Shown here in pieces: positions 1 to 9,480 of a stretch of DNA of 41,218 bases. The notes beneath the pieces are model-generated. The model was not told the origin of the DNA. It made no database searches and was given only the letters and a program-made list of their open reading frames with translations. Numbering within the stretch: position 1 is the stretch's first letter; each line of letters starts with the position of its first letter. Location: positions 1 to 41,218 of the forward strand of contig CAZGYZ010000001.1 in NCBI GenBank assembly GCA_964530675.1. Direction: 5' to 3'. Made by a program: the position numbers and the translations under genes. This DNA comes from an uncultured Nitrospira sp. GTDB lineage: Bacteria; Nitrospirota; Nitrospiria; Nitrospirales; Nitrospiraceae.

Positions 1-49
1 CAGATTGTCAATCTGGAGGTCGCGGGTTCAAATCCCGTCGGCCCCGCCA
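1..49 (+). tRNA. tRNA-Asp (anticodon GTC), 3' portion truncated by the window edge
   Basis: Anticodon stem-loop CAGA/TTGTCAA/TCTG with GTC at loop positions 3-5. T-arm GCGGG-TTCAAAT-CCCGT. 7-nt acceptor 3' strand CGGCCCC, discriminator G, and an encoded CCA ending at 49. Confidence 0.85.
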
Positions 50-103
50 ATTTCCTCTGAGTTTGCTAAACTCTGTAAGCAGAACTGTGATTGCTCCCTA
101 ATG

Positions 104-317
104 CAGGGTGCAGAAAAATTATTGTGGTACAGTGGAAATTCAACGGTTTGCACTTCTAGGACAAGAGGAGAGCCGCGAGCAGGCTGCTTCGTAAGGCTGC
201 GCCAGTGATTGCGCAATCTCCTGATATAGGTTGAGGCCAAGGCTGAGAAGAGGATCAGACTCTTTTCCTCTCAACCGTAACCCTCGGAAAACCCCGGGGA
301 CTTTTTCAGCATTCTGC
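104..317. mobile_element. MITE-like non-coding element (about 214 bp) with imperfect inverted termini, sitting between tRNA-Asp and tolQ
   Basis: The left end CAGGGTGCAGAAAAAT (104-119) matches the reverse complement of the right end CTTTTTCAGCATTCTGC (301-317) at about 12 of 16 positions. The right half (227-317) is homologous to 25460-25564. The same terminus motif occurs at 13937-13953 and 14138-14157. Confidence 0.55.
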
Positions 318-342
318 TAGAACCGGGAAAGGTCATAGCCGT

Positions 343-1050
343 ATGTTTCAAACAGGTCTAACTGGAGTGCTGGGCTCACTCGGCTCAGTTTCCAAGATCG
401 TGCTCTTGCTCCTGTTGATATTCTCAGTTATCTCGTGGGCCATTATTTTCTCCAAATGGCGAGTATTTCGGGTGGCAGATCTGGAGGACAAGCGGTTCCT
501 GGCTATCCTCGTGAAAGCACGAGATCTCGGAGAGTTGTATCGGCAAGCTGGACGGATTGAAGGAAGTCCCAGCGCATGTGTATTCGAAGGGGTCATGGAG
601 CGTGTGGGGGCCGGGTCAGTCGAGGGGAGGGCTAGTAACGGATCGGGACCAGTTGATCGACATGTGGTGGAGCGGACGGCCTCCCATCTTGCGCAAAGCC
701 AACTCGCACGCCTTGAGAGCTATCTTCCGTTCCTTGCCACAACGGGAAATATTACTCCGTTTATCGGACTGCTTGGGACCGTGATGGGAATCATCGATGC
801 ATTTCGTGAGATCGGCACCCAGGGGACTGCCAGTATTTCTGCTGTCGCTCCCGGCGTTGCGGAGGCCCTCATCGCGACGGCAGCAGGTTTGTTCACCGCT
901 ATCCCGGCGGTAATTGCCTATAATTACTTCCTTACTCGGATTCGAAACACTGCATTCCGATTGGATTCAGTCACTATTGAAATCTTGGCCTCCCTCTCGA
1001 CCGCCACCGTATCGAAGACGAAACCAGTTCCGGTCGGAGTTCAAGGATGA
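343..1050 (+). CDS. tolQ: TolQ (MotA/TolQ/ExbB proton-channel family)
   Basis: 235 aa with three TM segments and a C-terminal ...TGNITPFIGLLGTVMGII..F...APGVAEALIATAAGL... signature. First gene of the tolQRAB-pal order. Confidence 0.9.
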   Translation: MFQTGLTGVLGSLGSVSKIVLLLLLIFSVISWAIIFSKWRVFRVADLEDKRFLAILVKARDLGELYRQAGRIEGSPSACVFEGVMERVGAGSVEGRASNGSGPVDRHVVERTASHLAQSQLARLESYLPFLATTGNITPFIGLLGTVMGIIDAFREIGTQGTASISAVAPGVAEALIATAAGLFTAIPAVIAYNYFLTRIRNTAFRLDSVTIEILASLSTATVSKTKPVPVGVQG

Positions 1051-1499
1051 GCCTTGAACTCCGACATCGCCGGTTTTTAGCGGAAATCAACGTCATCCCT
1101 CTCGTCGATGTGGTCCTCGTCCTCTTGGTAATTTTCATGGTCACCGCCCCGATGCTCTATCGAGGGATGGACATTAAGTTGCCGACCTCTGCCACGAATT
1201 CGATTAAGCCGGAAATGCGCACGGTGCTCACAATCGAAAAGGATCAGCGTCTGTATCTCGACAAGGATCCGGTCGGGGTGGCTCAGCTGGAACAGAAGTT
1301 GAAGTTCTTGAAACGAGATAATCCCGATGTGTCGCTGTATCTCAGGGCCGATCGCGACGTGCCTTACGGTGTTGTGGTGCAAGTCATGGACGGCGTCAAA
1401 AAGGCAGGGATTGAGAAGATCGGGATGGTCACGGAACCGGTCGGTCCAGAACGCGTGGGAGAGTTAGATCCTCCTCGTCTCCCACCGCGGAAAAGTTGA
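1047..1499 (+). CDS. tolR: TolR (ExbD/TolR family)
   Basis: 150 aa. N-terminal INVIPLVDVVLVLLVIFMV TM segment carrying the conserved Asp. ATGA start/stop overlap with tolQ. Confidence 0.9.
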   Translation: MSLELRHRRFLAEINVIPLVDVVLVLLVIFMVTAPMLYRGMDIKLPTSATNSIKPEMRTVLTIEKDQRLYLDKDPVGVAQLEQKLKFLKRDNPDVSLYLRADRDVPYGVVVQVMDGVKKAGIEKIGMVTEPVGPERVGELDPPRLPPRKS

Positions 1500-1528
1500 T
1501 GCAACGTGCGTGAGGGGGCGGGATTGTT

Positions 1529-2491
1529 ATGGTATCCCAGGCGTCGGTCCTGTCAGATGCGTGGTTCAATCAGGACGATCGATCCAGGTTGTCCACTCGG
1601 CTCAAACGCACGGTGGTGCTGTCGCTCGTCCTTCATATAGTCGTCTTGCTCGTGGCGGTTGGGCTTCGGCTTCCGCAAAAGGGTGAACGGCCTTTGACGT
1701 CTGTGGAAGTGTCGTTGGTCAGTCTCCCGACGTCCGCGAGGCAACCCGAGGCTGCGAAACCGGCGCCGGTGCCGTTAGTCAAGGCCGTGGCCCCCAGCAC
1801 GGCCCCTTCTGCCGCACCTCCAATAGGCGAGAAGAGAAGGGATATATTGCAGGATCTTCAGCTTCCGCCGGATGCGCCGAAGTTTGGAGATTTGAGCCCC
1901 GCAAAAAAACCGGCGACTCAGGCCCAACAGGCGGCAAAAACGCTCGATATCCCGCGTGTTCCGGATGTGGCGCAAGACCCGGTTGCGAAGATTCCTCAGC
2001 GGTCTACGGTCAGCGAAGATCTGAGTCGTGAGACAGAAGAAGAGCTGAAAAAGATCAAGCCGTTTCAACCGCTGGCCAAGCTGGACATCCCGAAAGAAGC
2101 GAAGCCGAGCGAGGCGTTATTAAAGCCGGCGCCTCAGCAAGAGGTGAGAGCTCAGGCGGTTAAGACTCCCGAGACAACCCTGAGGATTTCCGGTACGGCT
2201 GGGTCGAACCTCTACTGGGCTCGCGTGCAGTCCATTATTAGCAGTCAGTGGGAGCCGCCTCCGGTCGATATGACGGGGCAAACTTATACGATGATCGTCA
2301 AGTTTCGGCTTCAACGGGATGGAATCATCAAAGACGTGGTCGTGCAACGGTCGTCCGGGAATGCCTACTTTGATATGGCGGGCCAGCGTGCTGTGCTGCG
2401 GCCACGAGTTCTGCCTGTGTTTCCTGCAGATATGGCAGACAGCTATAAAGATATAGAAATGGTATTTCGAGTTGGAGAATTGGCCGGATGA
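1529..2491 (+). CDS. tolA: TolA-like / TonB-family energy transducer (N-terminal TM anchor, Pro/Ala/Lys-rich linker, TonB_C-like C-terminal domain)
   Basis: Its position between tolR and tolB. A single TM (VVLSLVLHIVVLLVAVGL), a long low-complexity linker, and a C-terminal ...QRDGIIKDVVVQRSSGNAYFDMAGQRAV... block. Confidence 0.7.
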   Translation: MVSQASVLSDAWFNQDDRSRLSTRLKRTVVLSLVLHIVVLLVAVGLRLPQKGERPLTSVEVSLVSLPTSARQPEAAKPAPVPLVKAVAPSTAPSAAPPIGEKRRDILQDLQLPPDAPKFGDLSPAKKPATQAQQAAKTLDIPRVPDVAQDPVAKIPQRSTVSEDLSRETEEELKKIKPFQPLAKLDIPKEAKPSEALLKPAPQQEVRAQAVKTPETTLRISGTAGSNLYWARVQSIISSQWEPPPVDMTGQTYTMIVKFRLQRDGIIKDVVVQRSSGNAYFDMAGQRAVLRPRVLPVFPADMADSYKDIEMVFRVGELAG

Positions 2492-3828
2492 CACGGGTGA
2501 AACTGATCAGTGCCTGGTTCGGGGGATTGTTGCTCATCGCCGCAGCCGTCGGCATTCTTGAATCCGGGGCAGCGGATGTATTTCTCGAAGCCACCCGCCC
2601 AGATTTCCAAAAGATTTCCCTAGGTGTTGCGGAGATAGAAAACGCGGGAGGCCCCAATTGGTTGTCGGGGCGGATCGAAGAAATCTTGAAAAATGATGTG
2701 AGACGGTCTTTGGTCTTCGATCTGGTGGATTTACCCGGTCTTGGGATTCAAACATCCGGTATTCGCAACGGGAAGGGAGCCGGCTCTAAGGCTGTCTTCA
2801 AGCAGGCGGCTGAGAAGGGTGTCTCGGTTTTGGTCTGGGGAACAGTGGGAATGAAAGAGGCGGGCGAACAAGCCGACGTGAGCATGGAAGGCTTCGTCTA
2901 CGACAGCGGAAGCGATGAAGTCGTAGGGGGGAAGCGCTATGCGGGATCGCCCTCGGTTGTGCGGCAGATGGCGCACCGCTTTGCCGACGAACTGGTGTTT
3001 CGTTACACGGGCGAGCCGGGTATCGCGCGGACGAAGATTGCGTATGTGGCTCAGCAGGGGACTGCCCGCGAGTTGTTTGTAATGGATTATGATGGCTACG
3101 ATACGCGCCAACTCACCGCCGACGGGTTTCTGAACCTCATGCCGCAATGGTCTCCGGATCGACGATTCCTCATTTTTACCGCCTATCGCAATCGAAATAC
3201 GCAGGACATCGACATGATCGAGTTAGCGACGGGTAAGCGATGGACGGTGATTTCTTTTGGAGGGCTGAATATTACTCCGGCACTGTCTCCTGATGGAATC
3301 TTCCTGGCATTTGCCTCCAGTTATGAAGGCAATTCTGAAATTTATCGGTTGGATACAAGGACGAAAGCCATCCAGCGCTTGACGGTGAATCCGTCCGGCG
3401 ACTTGTCTCCTTCCTGGTCTCCGAACGGGAGAGAGTTGGTATTTGTGTCGGATCGGGGTGGCGGACCGCAACTGTTCTTGATGAGTTCAGACGGGTCGAA
3501 CGTGCGCCGTCTGACATTTGAAGGAGATTACAATGCGGCGCCAGTGTGGTCGCCGCGCGGGAACTGGATCGCCTATGTATGCCGGACACATAGAGAGTAC
3601 AAGCTGTGTATCATCTCGCCAGACGGACAGAAACGAACGCAATTGACGACGGGACCGGGTGTCGACGATTCACCTTCTTGGTCGCCGGATGGCCGGCATC
3701 TGGCGTTCAGTTCGACGGCCGATGGAAAGAGCCAGATCTATATGATCGATGCCGACGGGAAAGGCAGGGAACGGCTTACTTTTCAGGGGACGCATAATAG
3801 TGCGCCTTCCTGGTCTCCGGCATGGTGA
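2488..3828 (+). CDS. tolB: TolB periplasmic beta-propeller protein
   Basis: 446 aa with a signal peptide and repeated P(S/Q)WSPDG(R) blades. ATGA overlap with the preceding gene. Confidence 0.92.
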   Translation: MTRVKLISAWFGGLLLIAAAVGILESGAADVFLEATRPDFQKISLGVAEIENAGGPNWLSGRIEEILKNDVRRSLVFDLVDLPGLGIQTSGIRNGKGAGSKAVFKQAAEKGVSVLVWGTVGMKEAGEQADVSMEGFVYDSGSDEVVGGKRYAGSPSVVRQMAHRFADELVFRYTGEPGIARTKIAYVAQQGTARELFVMDYDGYDTRQLTADGFLNLMPQWSPDRRFLIFTAYRNRNTQDIDMIELATGKRWTVISFGGLNITPALSPDGIFLAFASSYEGNSEIYRLDTRTKAIQRLTVNPSGDLSPSWSPNGRELVFVSDRGGGPQLFLMSSDGSNVRRLTFEGDYNAAPVWSPRGNWIAYVCRTHREYKLCIISPDGQKRTQLTTGPGVDDSPSWSPDGRHLAFSSTADGKSQIYMIDADGKGRERLTFQGTHNSAPSWSPAW

Positions 3829-3908
3829 GGATGCCGTTTTGACTCTAACGGATGAATGAGGGTACATAAATGGTCGAGATGGCTAACCTAGGAAAAGGAG
3901 AACGACAT

Positions 3909-4580
3909 ATGAACAGGACGCTCTGGACATGTGGTTCGGTGCTAGCGATGAGCATCGTATTGATTGGTATGCCTGGCTGTTCCAAAAAGTCTGTACAGTC
4001 CGGCGGCGACTCCCAGTCCACTCAAGGAGGGGCGAAGGGGGGAACGGATAGTTCCAAGTCGGGTGTCGGCAACTTCCCTGACACCGGTGTTCAGTCTGGT
4101 GGCGGCGGGCTTCGGGGCCTCGACAAGAACCCATCGGAGGAACGTTTGGGCAGTGGGACTACGCAGGGTAAGATGGATTCCTCCAGCAGTGCCGGGCGAC
4201 AAATGGAGGAAATCAGGGCCGAGCAGGCTGCTTCAGCCGCAGCAGGTCTGCGAGATGTGTTTTTCGGCTACGATAGCTGGGTGATTTCCGAGGAAGGGCG
4301 TCAATCGTTAAGTCACGATGCGGAGTGGATGAAGTCCAATCCGAATGCGCTGATCAAGGTCGAAGGGCATTGTGATGAGCGTGGAACCGTCGCCTACAAC
4401 TTTGTACTCGGGGAAAAGCGGGCGAAAGCCGCCCGGAACTATCTGGTCGAACTCGGTGTCGCTGCCAATCGCCTGTCCGTGGTGTCGTATGGGAAAGAGC
4501 GACCGTCTTGCAATGAGCATGCGGAGTCGTGCTATCAGCAGAATAGGCGAGGACGCATTTTGATAAAGTCCGGAAAGTAG
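3909..4580 (+). CDS. pal: Peptidoglycan-associated lipoprotein Pal (OmpA-like C-terminal domain) with a long Gly/Ser-rich linker
   Basis: Lipobox IGMPGC. C-terminal OmpA_C block (VEGHCDERGTVAYNFVLGEKRAKAARNYL...). The start is placed at the ATG at 3909, 8 nt after AAGGAG; the longer ORF from 3870 is less likely. Confidence 0.88.
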   Translation: MNRTLWTCGSVLAMSIVLIGMPGCSKKSVQSGGDSQSTQGGAKGGTDSSKSGVGNFPDTGVQSGGGGLRGLDKNPSEERLGSGTTQGKMDSSSSAGRQMEEIRAEQAASAAAGLRDVFFGYDSWVISEEGRQSLSHDAEWMKSNPNALIKVEGHCDERGTVAYNFVLGEKRAKAARNYLVELGVAANRLSVVSYGKERPSCNEHAESCYQQNRRGRILIKSGK

Positions 4581-4673
4581 GCAGCGTATTTTTGTCACGG
4601 CGGTTGCGATTCTGTAGTCCGTAAAGAGAGAGCTGGGGATTCCTTTGTTGCCCTTCACCATAGACCTTGTAGT

Positions 4674-5651
4674 TTGCGGTGGGGAGCCGCATCATTCGTA
4701 GGTGCAATAATGTGGAACGGTTCGAATACAAACGGAACGTGGGCGACGATCTGTGTAGTCTATGTTTTGTTGTCGACAGGCTGTGTTGCCCAACAGTCTG
4801 ATCTCAAACAGACAGAAAAAAATCTTCAGCAGCGGATTAAGCAGTCGGTCGATGAGTCGGCACAGACTCGCGCGCGCCAGAGTCAGGAGATTTCGGTGCT
4901 TCGGGAACAGGAGTTGCCCCAGTTGCGCGGCGAGTTGGAGCGGGCGTTGCATCAAGCCCAGGAGCTCCAGGCCAAGCAGGAAGATTTCAAGCAGCGCTCT
5001 CTGCAGCTTGAGCAACAAACCAAACGGCTCGAACAGTTGGCCGGCAAGCTGGAGGTGGAGGGTACAACTCGTTACAATCAGGTACGCGAAAGCCTCAATG
5101 CGCAAGATGTCAAAAATAAACAAGATCGCGATCAGCTCCGTATTGATGTGAATGCTCGTCTTGACGACGTGAGTCGGCAGATGGAGATGATTCGAAAGGA
5201 GATCATCGAGGTCGTGCAGAAGACGAACAGCGGACTTGCTAAAAGCCTCGATACGCGCCTGGATGAGCAGCATAAGGCGCTGGCGGATAACCAGGCGCGG
5301 GCCGAACAGCTGTCGGCAAAGTTCGCACAATTCAGTCAGTCCCTCACGGCATTCAGGGATTCGCTGACCGGATTGAGCGAAAGGGTGAATCAAGGAGAGC
5401 AGGAGAGTAAAGCAGTGACCGGTCACTTGGGCGAGGTCAGTACGAGTGTTACATCTGTAGCGCAGAAGCTCGCCGCCCGCCTCAATGAACAGGACCATCG
5501 TCTGGATGCCCTCTCCAAAGCCGTTGATCGGGTGGCGCAGGATGCTCATCTACGAGGGGGAAACAAGGGAGCGACACGTCAGTCAACCACGAAGCCGGCC
5601 CAGCGATCGACAGTAGCACCTGTGTCTGAGACCGAAAGGTTTGAGCGGTGA
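4674..5651 (+). CDS. Coiled-coil protein, probable lipoprotein, function unknown; inserted between pal and cpoB
   Basis: About 300 aa of Q/E/R/L-rich heptad-like sequence follow a hydrophobic segment ending LLSTGC (lipobox-like). Start uncertain: TTG at 4674 or ATG at 4710. Confidence 0.7.
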   Translation: MRWGAASFVGAIMWNGSNTNGTWATICVVYVLLSTGCVAQQSDLKQTEKNLQQRIKQSVDESAQTRARQSQEISVLREQELPQLRGELERALHQAQELQAKQEDFKQRSLQLEQQTKRLEQLAGKLEVEGTTRYNQVRESLNAQDVKNKQDRDQLRIDVNARLDDVSRQMEMIRKEIIEVVQKTNSGLAKSLDTRLDEQHKALADNQARAEQLSAKFAQFSQSLTAFRDSLTGLSERVNQGEQESKAVTGHLGEVSTSVTSVAQKLAARLNEQDHRLDALSKAVDRVAQDAHLRGGNKGATRQSTTKPAQRSTVAPVSETERFER

Positions 5652-5803
5652 AGGCCTTCGGCTTCGCTCTCTGAGCAAGGTGAAGAGAACAATCGTTCGC
5701 AGTGGTGACTAGGTAGTCGAGCCTGTGGAGTCCCCTTTCCGACAAGTCAGTCAGAGCGAGAGCGCTCCGATAAACGATCCCAGTTGAAGGAGTTTCAATA
5801 ACC

Positions 5804-6595
5804 GTGATGCACAAGAATATAGACTCAAGGGGATTGGCCATTCTCATGGCTGGGGCGATGGTGTGGCTCGCTGGATGTGCCAACCACGCGGATTTTGTGG
5901 AAGTGCGTGATCACTTGGCGACGGTGTCGAAGTCTCAGGATCAAGATCAAAAGCGGTTGGATGCGTTGCAACGACGCTTGGAGTCGCTGGAGCGGATGAA
6001 GGATACTGAATCTGCCCGACAGAAGCTCGATCCAAAGTTCGATGAACTGTCTGCACGGATCCAAAGGTTAGAGAGCCGGTTGGCCAAATCCGACGAAGGA
6101 ATGGGTGTTCCGGTTCCGCCTAAGATAGAGCCATCTCAAGTCGATCCCACTCGTCCCTCAAAGCCACAGAGGTCTGCCTCCCCTGCAGATGCGCCGCTGG
6201 TAATGCCAGGTGTTCCCACGATTACCCCGACGTCGGCGTTCAATTTGGCGTACAATGACTATCTCAACGGAAAATACGATCTTGCCGTGGCGGGTTTTCA
6301 GCGATTTGTGAAGGACTTCCCCGGCACGTCGCTGACGCCGAATGCCTACTACTGGTTAGGCGAGTCTTCTTACCAGCAGAAAGATTATGTGCGCGCGATA
6401 CAATCATTTGAGTATCTTTCGACGGAGTATCCGGGAAACGAGAAGGTGCCGGCGGCGCTTTTTAAATCGGGGCTCGCGGCGGGAGAAACCGGAGATCTCG
6501 CCAAATCGAAGAAGAACCTCAAACGGGTCATCGAAGAATTCCCGACGTCGGACGAAGCGAAGTTGGCTAAGAATAAGCTGGCTGAAATTCGATGA
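5804..6595 (+). CDS. cpoB: CpoB/YbgF (Tol-Pal system protein; N-terminal coiled coil plus C-terminal TPR)
   Basis: Signal/lipobox WLAGC. The coiled-coil segment is followed by the TPR block (AFNLAYNDYLNGKYDLAVAGFQRFVKDFPGTSLTPNAYYWLGESSYQQKDY...). Last gene of the Tol-Pal order. GAAGGAG RBS upstream; start is GTG 5804 or ATG 5807. Confidence 0.85.
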   Translation: MMHKNIDSRGLAILMAGAMVWLAGCANHADFVEVRDHLATVSKSQDQDQKRLDALQRRLESLERMKDTESARQKLDPKFDELSARIQRLESRLAKSDEGMGVPVPPKIEPSQVDPTRPSKPQRSASPADAPLVMPGVPTITPTSAFNLAYNDYLNGKYDLAVAGFQRFVKDFPGTSLTPNAYYWLGESSYQQKDYVRAIQSFEYLSTEYPGNEKVPAALFKSGLAAGETGDLAKSKKNLKRVIEEFPTSDEAKLAKNKLAEIR

Positions 6596-6661
6596 TCGCA
6601 CGTCCATCGAGACGGCTCGTGGTGGCTCCCTTGTTTTTGACATTTCCTGGAGTCTAGTTTC

Positions 6662-8479
6662 ATGCCCGCCGCCAGTTGCTCCGCCAAGATCCATGTCCTT
6701 CCGGGCGATGTAGTCAGCCGTATCGCAGCCGGCGAGGTCATTGAGCGCCCTGCCGCAGTCGTCAAAGAGTTGCTGGAAAACAGTCTCGATGCGGGGGGCT
6801 TGCATATCACGGTCGATGTGAAGGACGGAGGGCTGGCCCTCATTCGAGTCACGGACGATGGCGAGGGAATCAGTCGCGCCGACCTTCCTCGTGCGTTTGA
6901 GCGGCATGCAACCAGTAAGCTCAGGTCCGACCGGGATCTGGCCTCGGTGACGACGATGGGTTTTCGCGGCGAGGCGTTACCGAGCATCGCGTCTGTCTCC
7001 CATGTGCTGGTGGCGACTGCGGCCCGGCAGGATGCGGTGGGATCACAGCTCACCTTAGTCGCAGGAGCGGGTGGCCTTATCGTGGACGCGCCACCCGTGC
7101 CTGGCACCAGGATCGAAGTCTCCAATCTCTTTTTCAATCAACCGGCCAGAAAGAAATTTCTCAAGTCGACCACGACTGAATTCTCCCATATCAGTCATGT
7201 CGTGCAACTTGCAGGTCTCGCCTGGCCCTCAGTGCACTTTCGCCTGACCCATAACGGACAGGAGATTCTCAACTATCCCGCCGTGACAGCGGATCGCGAT
7301 CGAATTCTTCAAGTCTATCGTCAGACGTTTCTCGATCGGACCATTGAGATCCGAGGCAGGACGGGGGGATTGTCGATCCGTGGCGTGATGGTCGATCCTA
7401 TCCATGCGCGGTCCTCGAAAATGCCGCAGGAATTGTTTGTGAACCGGCGCACTATCCGCAATGCGACCGTGTTTCATGCGGTCATGGAAGGGTATGGATC
7501 GTTTCTTCCAAAAGGGTCTCACCCGACGTTCGTGCTCTTTCTTGACATCGAACCGGACCGGATCGATGTCAACGTGCATCCCGCGAAAAAGGAAGTGCGG
7601 TTCGCGGAAACGGAATCGCTTCATCAGTTGGTGCGCCAGTCAGTCCGTCATGCACTCGGCGGTTCCGAGCGGAAGGTCGTGCTGGGTCTCTCGCAGGCGG
7701 CGCCGGAGTTCGTTCCTGCGGACGAGCGGCAGACTTCATCACTTCCGGATTCTCACCCGGCCACCTCCCTCTCAGCTCGCGGGCAGGATTCTTTGACCAA
7801 TGGCAGCGACAGGGTGTCGCTGTCCGGCAGCGTTGAGGGAACTCAGTTGGCCTTTGCCCACGAAGCAGCTTCAGTATATCAACGGGCAGAGAAACCCGAG
7901 ATCGTGCCGCTCGGCCAAATTCTCCGGACCTATCTTGTGGCGCAGGTGGGTGAAGAGCTGCAAGTGGTCGATCAACATACGGCGCACGAACGCGTCATTT
8001 TCCAACGACTTTGGCGAGGGTGGCAGGGCCGGGAGATCCCCTCGCAGCCGCTGTTGATTCCTGAGCCGATCGAGCTGTCCGCGGCGCAGTGCATGCTATT
8101 GCTCAAACGCTGTGATGATTTGGAGAAACTCGGCCTCCTGATTGAACCATTTGGCGCCACAGCCATCGCGATTCGCGGGGTGCCGGTCGGCCTCGGCAAG
8201 GTGGATGCGGCTGGCTTGGTACAGGATCTACTCGACGATTTAACAGAGTGGGACAGCGCATCGTCTCTGGAACTGCGGGTTCAACCTGTATTGGCTTCGC
8301 TCGCTTGTCATGGAGCAGTACGGGCCGGACGTGCCTTGGCCCTTCCTGAAATTCAACAGCTGATTTATGACTGGGTTCAAGAAGGGTTGATTATGACCTG
8401 CCCGCATGGGCGCCGTACGGCGTTTCGTCTCTCAACAGATGAGCTTGCCAAGCTATTCGGTCGGGTTGGATGGACGTGA
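6662..8479 (+). CDS. mutL: DNA mismatch repair protein MutL, endonuclease-type C-terminal domain
   Basis: N-terminal GHKL ATPase motifs (IAAGEVIERPAAVVKELLENSLDAG, DDGEGI, GFRGEAL). C-terminal DQHTAHERVIFQ (near DQHA-x2-E-x4-E) and CPHGRR motifs. Confidence 0.92.
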   Translation: MPAASCSAKIHVLPGDVVSRIAAGEVIERPAAVVKELLENSLDAGGLHITVDVKDGGLALIRVTDDGEGISRADLPRAFERHATSKLRSDRDLASVTTMGFRGEALPSIASVSHVLVATAARQDAVGSQLTLVAGAGGLIVDAPPVPGTRIEVSNLFFNQPARKKFLKSTTTEFSHISHVVQLAGLAWPSVHFRLTHNGQEILNYPAVTADRDRILQVYRQTFLDRTIEIRGRTGGLSIRGVMVDPIHARSSKMPQELFVNRRTIRNATVFHAVMEGYGSFLPKGSHPTFVLFLDIEPDRIDVNVHPAKKEVRFAETESLHQLVRQSVRHALGGSERKVVLGLSQAAPEFVPADERQTSSLPDSHPATSLSARGQDSLTNGSDRVSLSGSVEGTQLAFAHEAASVYQRAEKPEIVPLGQILRTYLVAQVGEELQVVDQHTAHERVIFQRLWRGWQGREIPSQPLLIPEPIELSAAQCMLLLKRCDDLEKLGLLIEPFGATAIAIRGVPVGLGKVDAAGLVQDLLDDLTEWDSASSLELRVQPVLASLACHGAVRAGRALALPEIQQLIYDWVQEGLIMTCPHGRRTAFRLSTDELAKLFGRVGWT

Positions 8480-9471
8480 TGGCCATTCCAGCGAGTGCGA
8501 CGCGGCGTCTTTCCGAGACGCAGGTCTTGGCCAAGCCTGTGGTCGTGATAGTGGGACCGACCGCGGTAGGGAAGAGCCGCATCGCGGTCGAGGTAGCCAA
8601 GGCTTTCGAGACCGAGGTGCTCACGGCGGACTCACGGCAAGTCTATCGTGGTATGGATGTTGGCACGGATAAGCCGGCTTCAGAGGAGCGCCAGGCGGTT
8701 CCCCATCGGCTGATCGATCTTGTCGATCCTGACGAATCGTTTAATGCAGGATTGTATCGCTGCCAGGCGATCGATGAGATCGAGCGTCTCTATCGGGACT
8801 GCCGCCTTCCCCTGGTCGTGGGTGGTACAGGGCTTTACGTGCGGACCCTCCTCAAGGGCTTGTGCGATGCGCCACAGGCCGATCCGATTGTGCGGGAGGC
8901 ACTGCGGCAGGAGGCGGAGGACCAAGGGTCTGATCGTCTCTATGCGAGGCTTGTGGATGTCGACCCTGTGATTGCGGCGCGGTTGCACCCACGCGACGAA
9001 TCAAAAGTGATTCGCGCGCTGGAGGTGTACCAGTTATCCGGTCGTCGGATGTCGGAGTTTCAACAGGAGCATGGGTTTGCTGAACGGCCCTTTGCAACCT
9101 TAATGATCGGCTTGAACCGAGACCGCGATATGCTGTACCGGCGTATCGAAGGGCGGATTGATTGGCAGCTGGCTCATGGGTTGATAGAAGAGACGAAGCG
9201 GCTCCTGGCTCAGGGATATCAGCGCGACAGCGCGGCGATGAAAGGTTTGGGTTATCGGCAGGTGGCTGAGCACTTGGCCGGCGAGTATGACGCCTCTGAA
9301 ATGGTTCGGCGGTTTAAACGGGACACGAGACATTTTTCCAAACGGCAAATGACCTGGTTTCGAAAGGAGCCGGGGATTCAGTGGCTGATGATCGAGGAGT
9401 CGGAATCTGTACCGCATACGGCTACACGGGTGATTGAACAGATAGATCGATTTCTCAACACACTTACTTGA
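8470..9471 (+). CDS. miaA: tRNA dimethylallyltransferase MiaA
   Basis: P-loop GPTAVGKS, DSRQVYRGMDVGTDKP, and the conserved mutL-miaA adjacency. Start is ATG 8470 or ATG 8479 (overlapping the mutL TGA). Confidence 0.9.
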   Translation: MDVMAIPASATRRLSETQVLAKPVVVIVGPTAVGKSRIAVEVAKAFETEVLTADSRQVYRGMDVGTDKPASEERQAVPHRLIDLVDPDESFNAGLYRCQAIDEIERLYRDCRLPLVVGGTGLYVRTLLKGLCDAPQADPIVREALRQEAEDQGSDRLYARLVDVDPVIAARLHPRDESKVIRALEVYQLSGRRMSEFQQEHGFAERPFATLMIGLNRDRDMLYRRIEGRIDWQLAHGLIEETKRLLAQGYQRDSAAMKGLGYRQVAEHLAGEYDASEMVRRFKRDTRHFSKRQMTWFRKEPGIQWLMIEESESVPHTATRVIEQIDRFLNTLT

Positions 9472-9480
9472 GGATGAAGG

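Noticed and set aside
5-240. ORFs 5-208 (+) and 28-240 (-) at the window start
   Set aside because: They overlap the tRNA-Asp 3' end and the MITE-like element and have no translation signals.
4692-5549. 285-aa ORF antisense to the coiled-coil gene
   Set aside because: It is a mirror-image ORF of a repetitive, codon-biased coiled-coil gene. It has no RBS or signal features, and the sense-strand product has a coherent lipobox and heptad pattern.
6385-7137. 250-aa minus-strand ORF spanning the cpoB end and the mutL start
   Set aside because: It crosses an intergenic region and two well-supported plus-strand genes. The translation is Ser/Arg/Ala-rich with no motifs.
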